This document shows positions 50,434 to 59,087 of a DNA stretch of 64,000 bases, piece after piece; positions within the stretch are counted from its first letter, which is position 1; every line of letters begins with the position of its first letter. The stretch lies in the IMG/VR virus record IMGVR_UViG_3300028800_000073, positions 1 through 64,000 of that record; one strand, given 5' to 3'. The translations under genes were made by a program, and so were the position numbers. The notes beneath the pieces were generated by a model. It saw only the letters and a list, made by a program, of their open reading frames with translations, made no database searches and was not told the DNA's origin. This stretch comes from a virus.

Positions 50434-52175
50434 TAGAACGGCCCTTCTCCTGGAGTTCTTTCTACTTCGTCAGCATCTTCTGGTGCCCCAACTGCTACAA
50501 GCTCTTCTAAAGCAGCGGCAATAACTTCAACAATCTCTGCACCGTCAACAGCAGTAGCCGTGCCAGTAGCGCCGGCTCCGGCATCAACAATCGTTACAGT
50601 ATCAACAGCAACAGGTGGTACCGCAACAGGTGGTACCGCAACAGGTGGTACCGCAACAGGTGGTGCTTCAGCCACTGCTGGGGTTTCTTCTTCACCCTCT
50701 AGAATGCCTTCAACAACAGTCTCAACGGTATCGACTTCAACGGGCTGCCCAGCTGCCGCTCGTGCTGCACGACGCAACTCCCGAGCTGCTTCCTTATCGA
50801 TCTCCTGTTGCTTAACCGATAGCGGCCAAGCATGAACCATCTTGCCGGCGGCGTCGTCAACATTGCAGGTCTGGAGAATCGCAATCACTAGCTCGATGGC
50901 ATCAGCAATCTGATATCCAGCGACTAGCTTCGGTAGCACCTCTTCCATATTGCCGAGACACATACGCCCCGTTGGGAACACATGGGGACCATGCATATTG
51001 GGCTGCATACCAGTCACTTGGCGATCAAGGTTGGTAACGACGATGTTGTACCGCTTGATATCGATATGAATCGACATGCGACCAACTTCGTGCTCCTTCT
51101 TCGACCGTGGATCAACTACTGTCAAAGTATTGGTGCGCACCGTAATATTACCGTTACGCATCCTGATCTGCTGGATCAACGGATTAGCCGCCAGACGATC
51201 ATACTCTGCTGTGAATCGCGGAGTACTGAAATCGGCATCATTGTCTAGTACTGCTATTTCCTTGAGGCACTGGCGTTCTTCGCGGATCCCGTCAAATACC
51301 TTCTTATTCAAGTTCGTAAGCTCGGTCTGGACCGTGTTCAGTCTATTGGTGATCTCACGGACCTGGATCTGCTTACGCTTCTCAACCATTCTGACGTAGT
51401 CCGCTCGTAGCGCTGCTGGATCAGTCTCGACGAGCTTAGCACGGGCATAGTTCTCGGCAACGTATTGAATGATCTTCTTGAAGATCTCAACTTCTCTAGG
51501 GCTATTGTTGTGACACAAGTCCGAATAGATATAGAGGTTATTCTCATCGAAGCCTGCAATCGGTCGCTCGGGATACTCCGGGGAGCAAACGTCTATGCCC
51601 TCAGTCCATGGGACGCCATCCATTGCGTCACGGGTCTGTAACTCCATGCCCCACAGAATCCGAGGTGGATCATACGAGGGCTCGCCTCCATCTCGTGCTT
51701 CTGGAGTAGCCCACACATGAATCTTGAACATCGATTCAAGGGTATTGGGAACAATGGAACGACTATTATGTGGTACGTCGATAGTGACATCGCGCTTAAT
51801 GACGGGGACCAAGATCTCACGGCAGATCTTTAGCCAGCCATCGGCTACTGGGTTACTGACAACACCACCACGGATATGACCCCAGTTAACTATACGGATC
51901 GTTGAAGGATCCCTACCGGCAACGGACGGGGTACCATCACGATAAACAATTTGAGCAACCTTTATGATAACCCCGGCAGCTTCAGCTGTTGGCGGTGTAG
52001 CAACGGTAGCGGTGATATTGTAGAGCTTACGACCAGAGCTTTCAATCTTAGCGATTAATGCTTCTCTAGCTACGAAGTGACCACCATGCTGGGGTTCACC
52101 GTAGATACGCAAGCCGATCCCACGAAGTTCTTCGCGGGACATCTCGGTTGCTTTGACAAGGACTAGTTCAGGCAT
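50433..52175 (-). CDS. Prokaryotic E2-like conjugating protein with a coiled coil (module A)
   Basis: HGPHVFPTGRMCLGN E2-like catalytic motif after a coiled coil; coupled to JAB and sbcD. Confidence 0.75.
   Translation of the reverse strand: MPELVLVKATEMSREELRGIGLRIYGEPQHGGHFVAREALIAKIESSGRKLYNITATVATPPTAEAAGVIIKVAQIVYRDGTPSVAGRDPSTIRIVNWGHIRGGVVSNPVADGWLKICREILVPVIKRDVTIDVPHNSRSIVPNTLESMFKIHVWATPEARDGGEPSYDPPRILWGMELQTRDAMDGVPWTEGIDVCSPEYPERPIAGFDENNLYIYSDLCHNNSPREVEIFKKIIQYVAENYARAKLVETDPAALRADYVRMVEKRKQIQVREITNRLNTVQTELTNLNKKVFDGIREERQCLKEIAVLDNDADFSTPRFTAEYDRLAANPLIQQIRMRNGNITVRTNTLTVVDPRSKKEHEVGRMSIHIDIKRYNIVVTNLDRQVTGMQPNMHGPHVFPTGRMCLGNMEEVLPKLVAGYQIADAIELVIAILQTCNVDDAAGKMVHAWPLSVKQQEIDKEAARELRRAARAAAGQPVEVDTVETVVEGILEGEEETPAVAEAPPVAVPPVAVPPVAVPPVAVDTVTIVDAGAGATGTATAVDGAEIVEVIAAALEELVAVGAPEDADEVERTPGEGPF
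50608..50664. repeat. 15-bp tandem repeat (about 3.8 copies) encoding PPVAV
   Basis: GCAACAGGTGGTACC x3 plus a 12-bp partial copy. Confidence 0.95.
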
Positions 52176-53268
52176 TGATATTTTCTCGTTTCTTAATGAG
52201 TATTTCTACTGGGTCTGAGTTTGGTTCTAAGAGATTGAGTAAGAAGCCGTGTAATTCGGACTGTTTATTGGGGTCGACTAATGTACTAAGTAATGCTGCG
52301 ACAGAGATGTCATCGGTCTCTTGTGACGACTGAAGCTCCTCAGCGTCTTCGGTGTCTAGGACGGGGTCGCGGTGGATGATGGCCTTTCGTGTTTCTACGA
52401 AGCGTTTGTAGATCTCCGAAAATGAGGTATTCATTTCCGGTGAATGATGGATCCAAGCAAATGGGGGAAGTGGTCCAGCTTCCATGTCACCGCAGGCTTC
52501 GCAGAGCCAGTTGTGGACATGAGACAGACCGATATCGTCTAAGACCGTAAAGCGTTTGATATGACGGTACGACAAGGGATGCCGGTCATAGGACAGGTCG
52601 TCGTTAATGACGACACAGCTCTTGGGTCCGATCTGCGTGATATCCCTGGCGTGACCGGGACCGGTATAACAGGCTCGGCGGTTACCGGGTAGTGTGAAGT
52701 CCATCGGTACGTGGATATCACCGATAACAGTCAATTTACAGTTACCCGGAATCCACTCTAAATCACAGTTCCAAGCATTCTCGAAGCCCAGGGCTTGCTT
52801 GACGGCTTGGTGGAGGAACAAAACCCTTTCTGTGCCTTCAGGATCGACTTTGTTGGCTAACCCCTCCAAGGAGGCCTTGATGTCATCTTTCGAGCTGTAA
52901 TCGAACCCCAGGGCAGAGCAACCACCTAAATCAAACGGTTCCCCGTTGCCAACGTACTTCGGCCAGTCATGGAGCGCACTGGGCCACGGAGTCTTTTGGA
53001 GGTCATGATTGCCTTGGATAAAGAATACTGGGATCCCAGCTTCTTTGGCGCGATCCATTTGTCTTCGGTGAATCGTTACGAGATCAGAAGACGGTTTCGT
53101 AGTGTCAAAGAGATCCCCAACGATCACTGCTGGTACCTTCAGCCCAATGGCTGCGCCAATGAAACTGCTGTAACCCAGTTCAGAGTCTCCTCTTACGGTA
53201 TCTATACTACTCCAGATCTTAGGGTCTAAGTGGATGTCTCCAAGTGCTACTGCAATCGGTTTTGTCAT
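52168..53268 (-). CDS. sbcD: SbcD/Mre11-like nuclease
   Basis: GDIH, GDLFD, GNHD, LHQ and GDIH phosphoesterase motifs; sbcC partner downstream. Confidence 0.88.
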   Translation of the reverse strand: MTKPIAVALGDIHLDPKIWSSIDTVRGDSELGYSSFIGAAIGLKVPAVIVGDLFDTTKPSSDLVTIHRRQMDRAKEAGIPVFFIQGNHDLQKTPWPSALHDWPKYVGNGEPFDLGGCSALGFDYSSKDDIKASLEGLANKVDPEGTERVLFLHQAVKQALGFENAWNCDLEWIPGNCKLTVIGDIHVPMDFTLPGNRRACYTGPGHARDITQIGPKSCVVINDDLSYDRHPLSYRHIKRFTVLDDIGLSHVHNWLCEACGDMEAGPLPPFAWIHHSPEMNTSFSEIYKRFVETRKAIIHRDPVLDTEDAEELQSSQETDDISVAALLSTLVDPNKQSELHGFLLNLLEPNSDPVEILIKKRENINA

Positions 53269-53295
53269 AAAGTATTGTCCAAGTTAGTGTTATAC

Positions 53296-53477
53296 AAACG
53301 TGTTCTTAATTCGAGTAAGTACTCTCTATTTTCTTTGTCTATTAGGTCATACAAAGTCTATTATATAGAGAGATATAATATACTTTCCCGCAATAAGAAC
53401 ACGTTTTGGGACCTACTGAAAAATCATGTTCTTATTAATGGAAAGTATTATAATACTTTCTCGAATTAAGAACATGT
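53296..53477. repeat. AT-rich element with four ~25-bp repeats in two inverted pairs and a perfect 20-bp palindrome; candidate origin or operator
   Basis: TGTTCTTA-N6-G(A/T)AAGTA units near 53299(+), 53403(-), 53425(+) and 53476(-); GAAAGTATTATAATACTTTC at 53441-53460. Confidence 0.8.
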
Positions 53478-54182
53478 CTGTTTCCGACCGACTCTGGCCC
53501 ACCTATGGATGTCTCTGAACTTCTCAACAACTAGTTCGTAGTCGCCATTGACTTCATTGACATCGAGTCCAAGGAACGGTGGAACACAGTCCTGGGTCCA
53601 AGCACTGAGGGCACCTTCCTTAGAAGTGAAAAGATTATCAGTAACTCCTAATGCCTTATAACTATCTATGGCTTTACCGGTATCCCGGAATTGCTTGAGA
53701 TCACTGATCCCTGACAGGCTACAGATACCGTGGTTGGTACCACCGATGTAGGTGACATATCTGGTATAGAAACCAATATTCCATCGTCTCGGCTTAGTAA
53801 TCCGTTTATAGGCTACACCGTTAATCTCTTGATCCAGCGGAATCGTATCGAGATACCGCCAGACATAGTAGGGATAATCCATTTCTACAAAACGAGTTAA
53901 GAGTCTTGACTGGATCCTGTACCAACAACTTGGGCATGCCAAGCTGTTACAGTAGTGTCCCGACCTATTGAACCCCCGCAGCCCCCTACACTCGGCTCCG
54001 CTTAACTCGTCGTAGCGTTCCTGTCTATTCCTGAAGAAACGCCACCAATTACTATAGTTCTCGCTATGAGCCAGCATAGACTGCGTCAAATAGTAGTTCA
54101 TCATGTCTTGGACGCTGTCGCCAAGAAACTCTGGTTCCATATATTCCTTTAAAGAGACCGGGTAGTCTCGGCTACCGGTCAA
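53466..54182 (-). CDS. Zn-finger protein, possible origin-binding/initiator
   Basis: C-x12-C-x4-CPSC (HYCNSLACPSCW); adjacent to the repeat element. Confidence 0.45.
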   Translation of the reverse strand: MTGSRDYPVSLKEYMEPEFLGDSVQDMMNYYLTQSMLAHSENYSNWWRFFRNRQERYDELSGAECRGLRGFNRSGHYCNSLACPSCWYRIQSRLLTRFVEMDYPYYVWRYLDTIPLDQEINGVAYKRITKPRRWNIGFYTRYVTYIGGTNHGICSLSGISDLKQFRDTGKAIDSYKALGVTDNLFTSKEGALSAWTQDCVPPFLGLDVNEVNGDYELVVEKFRDIHRWARVGRKQTCS

Positions 54183-54391
54183 CAGCCTGTTTTGACGAAT
54201 CTTCTGTATCGCTCGTCGAAACAGTACTTACTACAGAATATCGCGGCATCAAACAGCCAGATGGCTGCGAGAATAGCGATACCCCCAACAAAGGCGTGCC
54301 ACAGCATATCGAGGATTCCCGACAACTGAAGGGCAGCGATGATAACTAAGATACCTGATATCACCGAGATGATTTTCTTGAATTGGTTCAT
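54179..54391 (-). CDS. Small two-TM membrane protein
   Basis: Two hydrophobic stretches, a basic C-terminus and a GAGGT RBS. Confidence 0.6.
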   Translation of the reverse strand: MNQFKKIISVISGILVIIAALQLSGILDMLWHAFVGGIAILAAIWLFDAAIFCSKYCFDERYRRFVKTGC

Positions 54392-54492
54392 AAATACCTC
54401 AGCCGTTAATGTAAGTGATCTCAGCTACACGGCTTAGCTGAATCACATAGTGTCCGCGCAGACACTAATACTCTTGCTTTTTAAGGTATTGT

Positions 54493-56214
54493 GTGTATGA
54501 CGCAGTAGTGAATACCAAAGAGTTCCTGCAACACCTCAACTCTGTGCTCCAGCGGGATCCCAATGGTAGTATCGTTCCGTTGCTACCGCTGATCTTCAGG
54601 TTGAAGAACAAGCCGTATAGCTTGGACTACAGCCACTTCATGTTTGAGCCGTTGTACCACCTGAAGAACATTCCACGACGCATGGTCTGGAAGACGGCAC
54701 GTCAGTGTAGTAAGAGTACCTCGCTAGCAGCCTCACAGATCTCTATGGCTGCCTTAATTCCGCACTTTAACCAGTTGACGGTCACTCCGCTCTATGAACA
54801 GGTAAGACGCTTCAGTCAGAACTATGTCCGACCGTTTATCTCGTCGTCCCCTTTCAGGGACTCCCTATTTAGAGGGGAGGCGAATATCGACAACGTCTTG
54901 CAGCGCACTCTAGCGAATATGTCGAGTCTGTTCTACGGTTATTCACAAGGCGATCCAGATCGGCTTCGTGGTCTCAACCTTGACGCCATTCTCGCTGACG
55001 AAGTCGCTGACCTCGATATATCTGACCTACCAGTCATTGAAGCTGGTATGTCGGCATCACCGTACAAGTTAGTCAAGTATGCCGGTACACCTAAAACACT
55101 GGATAACACTCTAAGCCTTCTATGGGAGGATAGCTCCCAGGGAATCTGGCACATTCCGTGTCACAACTCCGCTAAACCATGTAATCACCTGAACCGTTGT
55201 AGTGTACCCGGTGATCTCCTGGAGATGGTTGGGGACAGCACATTGGTCTGTGCGGTTTGCAAGCATCCCATCGATAGTCGTCTTGGGAGGTTCATCCATG
55301 ACTTCCCCAGTAGAGTTGATTCATTTGCGGGCTACCACGTTAGTCAGCCCATTTTGCCGATGCACTATGATTTGACAAAGAACTGGAAAATCATCACTGA
55401 CTTCCGCAAAGAAAAGCCACTCTATTCCTTTTATAACGAGATCCTTGGTCTAGCTTTTGATACAGGATCGAAGTTAGTAACAGCGGATCAACTTAGGGTA
55501 GCGGCTGTAGCACCGGCTGTTGAGCCTGAGATGACACATATGATCCCGTCTATTATGACTACTGTTGGTATAGACTTTGGCGGTCGAGGCAGGGAGAAGT
55601 CTACCGATAATGATGACTTCATCAGTAACACTGCAATGGCGATTGCTAACTTAACTCCAAACGGGGTTATTGATATCTCGTACTTGTATAAAGTACCATA
55701 CAGCGTTGATCCAACGTCAGAAACCGAAATAGCTGTACATATTGCACAGGCTAGCAGAGCCGCCTATATTGCCCTGGATTACGGGGGTCAAGGAAATGTT
55801 CAGGAGTCGCTGATCCGCAGCCGAGGTTGGCCAGAGGAGAAAATCGTACCATTTACGTACGCCGTTATGGCACCGTCAAAACCTATTGTCTTTTTTAACC
55901 CGCCACAAGTACGCGGAGTACGTTCTAGTTATACCCTTGATAAACCACGCAGCCTCTTGCTACTCTGTGAATTGGTTAAGCGAGGGATGGTGAGACTTCC
56001 TAATGACCCGAAATACCTCGATGATCACCTGAAGGACTTCCTGAACTTAATCGAAGAGTCCATGGACAATCCTAGAGGCTCTCCTAGGCGCTTAGTTAAG
56101 AGAGCCTCTCGCAGGACGGATGACGTTGTAATGGCTATAAATTACGCTGTAATGGCGATTTATCATGCTGTAGGCTGGCCGGAACTCGCATCCGCTTTCG
56201 TTGAAGCGGAATGA
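54493..56214 (+). CDS. terL: Phage terminase large subunit (GpA-like)
   Basis: TARQCSKST (Walker A-like), RLRG, ILADE (Walker B), AGTP, Zn-ribbon insert, FYNEILG, GIDFGG and DDVVMA nuclease acidic residues. Confidence 0.85.
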   Translation: MYDAVVNTKEFLQHLNSVLQRDPNGSIVPLLPLIFRLKNKPYSLDYSHFMFEPLYHLKNIPRRMVWKTARQCSKSTSLAASQISMAALIPHFNQLTVTPLYEQVRRFSQNYVRPFISSSPFRDSLFRGEANIDNVLQRTLANMSSLFYGYSQGDPDRLRGLNLDAILADEVADLDISDLPVIEAGMSASPYKLVKYAGTPKTLDNTLSLLWEDSSQGIWHIPCHNSAKPCNHLNRCSVPGDLLEMVGDSTLVCAVCKHPIDSRLGRFIHDFPSRVDSFAGYHVSQPILPMHYDLTKNWKIITDFRKEKPLYSFYNEILGLAFDTGSKLVTADQLRVAAVAPAVEPEMTHMIPSIMTTVGIDFGGRGREKSTDNDDFISNTAMAIANLTPNGVIDISYLYKVPYSVDPTSETEIAVHIAQASRAAYIALDYGGQGNVQESLIRSRGWPEEKIVPFTYAVMAPSKPIVFFNPPQVRGVRSSYTLDKPRSLLLLCELVKRGMVRLPNDPKYLDDHLKDFLNLIEESMDNPRGSPRRLVKRASRRTDDVVMAINYAVMAIYHAVGWPELASAFVEAE

Positions 56215-56858
56215 TGAAGTGGCTTCACAAGCGCGTCTTTTAAGGACATGCCGTACTTCTTTATGCGCCTCCATACAGTTGGATAAGCTAACTTACTATA
56301 CTTCTTGACTATATCCTGAAGTATTAGCCTTTCCCCGTTAAACTCGTAATGAACATTAGTTCGCCTATTTCGGGACTGCTCTTTATCGGTACTCCACTTG
56401 CAGTTATCTTTTGTGTAGTCCCCATCATTGTCAATTCTATCTAGAGTTCGGTCATTTTTATAGGACGCTATCATATCATTATAGAAGTTAATAAAGGTAT
56501 GCCAGTCTTTGCATACCTTTATTCCACGACCACCATAATTATGGTAAGCATCATGGTTTTCCATATAGCAGCGACGATGCATCCCATTCCATATCCTATG
56601 AAGCCTAGTATTACTTAAACCGTGAACTCGGCTCATGGTATTACCAAGCATATCTTCTTTGTGCTTACAACCGCAGGACTGCCTATTTCTACGTCTCAAG
56701 CATGTACCGGCGATGGACACCTCTTTACCACAGGAGCACTTACACAGCCAATAATACATTCGGTTCTTAGTACCGTCTTTGTTAAACCGGTCTGGCGCCC
56801 TCCCAGTAACCGTTAGTCTTCCGAAAACAGCGCTAGTTAAATCGAACTCTTTACTCAA
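56163..56858 (-). CDS. HNH homing endonuclease-like protein
   Basis: FGRLTV, WLCKCSCG, SCGC, YGGRGIKVC and TLDRIDNDGDY..NC.W; likely TTG start at 56858. Confidence 0.85.
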   Translation of the reverse strand: MSKEFDLTSAVFGRLTVTGRAPDRFNKDGTKNRMYYWLCKCSCGKEVSIAGTCLRRRNRQSCGCKHKEDMLGNTMSRVHGLSNTRLHRIWNGMHRRCYMENHDAYHNYGGRGIKVCKDWHTFINFYNDMIASYKNDRTLDRIDNDGDYTKDNCKWSTDKEQSRNRRTNVHYEFNGERLILQDIVKKYSKLAYPTVWRRIKKYGMSLKDALVKPLHHSASTKADASSGQPTA

Positions 56859-57572
56859 GTTTCCCCTCCATGACTTCTCCACAGGTGATGTCCAGGCACT
56901 CCTGGTTCTTACTGTGGAAGTGTCGACTAACATGTGAACCATAGGCTAAGCATTTCTCGTCCCAACCGTCACCTAGCCCAGGCTGCGCCACGAATGCTTG
57001 AGCCTCCCAGTCGTCTGATATCAAGTCTTCTTCCCATTCGCTAACGTTTTGCTCGGCCCACTTCTCAGCAATCTCTGGAGAGGCAGCTGCAACATAAATA
57101 ACGGCTCGACGCTCACATACTACTTTGAATAGCTTTTTACTCATCAGATCTCCTTGATAGCATCTGCGATATCATTTCCGAGTTGTCTTACACGTTCTAG
57201 GTGCCGCTCGACTTCTTCCTCGGTGTAACAGGAAGCACAATGGGAGTCGCGGCATTTATAGCCGTGACACTCAGTCCTTTCCGTGGGGATCATGTAATAT
57301 GCCCTTTTCAATAATTCCCCTAGACGTGCTGGTAGAGGATCACTCATCGGACTTCACTAGGTTAAGGAGATCATCGCAGTACCCACGGGCAGCATTCGCC
57401 TTGACGATTGCTGTACGGGCATCTGGGAAGTCACCTGATGGCCTGTTCTCTGAAATACTCGCTAGAAGCCCTATAGCTTCGTCCAGATGCTGCCTGGCTT
57501 GACTAACTAGATCAAGTTCATCCTCGCTCGGGATAGTTACGTCCCGAGGAGGTCTTTTTACTTCATTGGCCA

Positions 57573-58109
57573 TTAGTCTTTATCCACAAACAGTGGTTTA
57601 GCGTAGCGCTGAGCCTGGAGATATCCTTCTAGATCCGCCTGTAACTTGGAGACGACCTCATCGAGACGCTCGGTGTTAATAACGAGTTTGTTATCAATAA
57701 TGAACTTAGCCATAGTCTCGCCGTCATGGAAATTGAGATCGACATTGCTATCGTGGATCCGCAGGCTGGCTTTATCGTCACAGAACGACGCTTCTAGACC
57801 GTGATACTCATCATACATCAATTTCTTGAATTCAATGAGCTTACTATCACGGACATCCTCTAAACGGGTACCTAACCAGAACTTTGTAGTTGAGGCGTAC
57901 CAGTTGTAGTTAGCTAGGGCTCCAGTAGCTAGGATGACTTTACCGAGCCCCTTATCAAGCTTACGCTGTAGGTTAATCCGCTTAGAGTACAAGCGCTTCT
58001 CTTGTTCCTCCGTTTTCCTGATGTCCTTCAATAAAGCCATGCTCCTAGAAAGAAGCTTAGAACGAGGATTCGTAGACTTCATCTTCAACCTCGACTGGTT
58101 CCGGTTCAT
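57573..58109 (-). CDS. Hypothetical protein
   Basis: 178 aa ORF in a coupled series. Confidence 0.55.
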   Translation of the reverse strand: MNRNQSRLKMKSTNPRSKLLSRSMALLKDIRKTEEQEKRLYSKRINLQRKLDKGLGKVILATGALANYNWYASTTKFWLGTRLEDVRDSKLIEFKKLMYDEYHGLEASFCDDKASLRIHDSNVDLNFHDGETMAKFIIDNKLVINTERLDEVVSKLQADLEGYLQAQRYAKPLFVDKD

Positions 58110-58334
58110 CCTCAGTCAGAATGGCTTGAGCGGCCTTATGGGCGCGGATCATGTGATCTCTGGATGGGCTACACCGAATAGCCTCGAATACCTCATCGGG
58201 GACATACAGCGATTCTGGATCGAAATTGTCGACGTAGTACTTCACTAGGAAGGGATGCGTCACCGGTAATAGCTTCGGGATGTCTATTGTACGGACATCA
58301 ACGATGTCGATTGCAGAGTCGAAGATCTTGGTGC

Positions 58335-58577
58335 TCATGAGAGTTTCTTTTGAACGTAGTTAACGGACTTCTCTTCACCGAAAATCGACAGGACCGGTAC
58401 TAACTTGTAAATGATGAATGGAGCATTGTGGTCTTCTATATTAAGCTCCTCATCAATACATGCCTTGGCTAGCTCAATGGCTGAATCTAGGTCGGGGTGT
58501 ACCGTAACGCCGTCTGTAATAGACCGCTCTTGGGATCCACCACAAACGACGAATTGTTCGTCTTTCTTAGTGGCCAT
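58335..58577 (-). CDS. Small protein, paralog family D
   Basis: FIIYKLVPV motif. Confidence 0.65.
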   Translation of the reverse strand: MATKKDEQFVVCGGSQERSITDGVTVHPDLDSAIELAKACIDEELNIEDHNAPFIIYKLVPVLSIFGEEKSVNYVQKKLS

Positions 58578-58843
58578 TAGAGTTTCTTCTCGATGAACCT
58601 GACGCCGTCGTTTACAGCCGAAATCTCTAGAACTGGTACCAGCTTGTAGATGACGTAGGGCGTCGAATTTATACCGGGGTCAATGATGTCGGCCTCAAGT
58701 TTATCCTTGGCACTCCCAACGGCGTCGCTGAACCTGTCGTGTAGCGATGCGGTATCTAAATCGTTATTACTATCGGTACCAGTCAAATGGTGTTGTGATA
58801 CCAGAAATACACCGAAATCATCCGCAACGGTCTTCTTGGCCAT
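58577..58843 (-). CDS. Small protein, paralog family D
   Basis: YVIYKLVPV motif. Confidence 0.65.
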   Translation of the reverse strand: MAKKTVADDFGVFLVSQHHLTGTDSNNDLDTASLHDRFSDAVGSAKDKLEADIIDPGINSTPYVIYKLVPVLEISAVNDGVRFIEKKL

Positions 58844-58844
58844 G

Positions 58845-59087
58845 TTACTCGAACTTCCGTTCAGTGATCTCTAGATCAGGCAACTCGCCGTGCATAATAG
58901 TAACGGGTACCAACTTATAGATGTAGACATCCATGTCAGTTTCCCCTTGCTCACTGAATTGATATTCCAATTCCTCTTTAGCGTCTTGTTTAGCCTTTTT
59001 AAGGTTTGCAAAAACCGCATCGACGTCAATACCACCATCTACGTCTAATGGGTTCCTAGTAACGATAAACATCTCTTTAGCAGTCAC
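58845..59087 (-). CDS. Small protein, paralog family D
   Basis: VYIYKLVPV motif. Confidence 0.65.
   Translation of the reverse strand: MTAKEMFIVTRNPLDVDGGIDVDAVFANLKKAKQDAKEELEYQFSEQGETDMDVYIYKLVPVTIMHGELPDLEITERKFE

Noticed and set aside
50608-50664. Tandem repeat as a CRISPR array
   Set aside because: Contiguous 15-bp units without spacers, in frame within a CDS.
1557-53469. The many plus-strand ORFs in the track (e.g. 5816-6310, 6457-7065, 30381-30986, 45709-46284, 49495-50190)
   Set aside because: They are antisense shadows of well-supported minus-strand genes, with no motifs or RBS.
53296-53477. Repeat element as a mini-CRISPR or MITE
   Set aside because: The repeats alternate in orientation with irregular spacing, and no target-site duplication, cas gene or transposase is evident.
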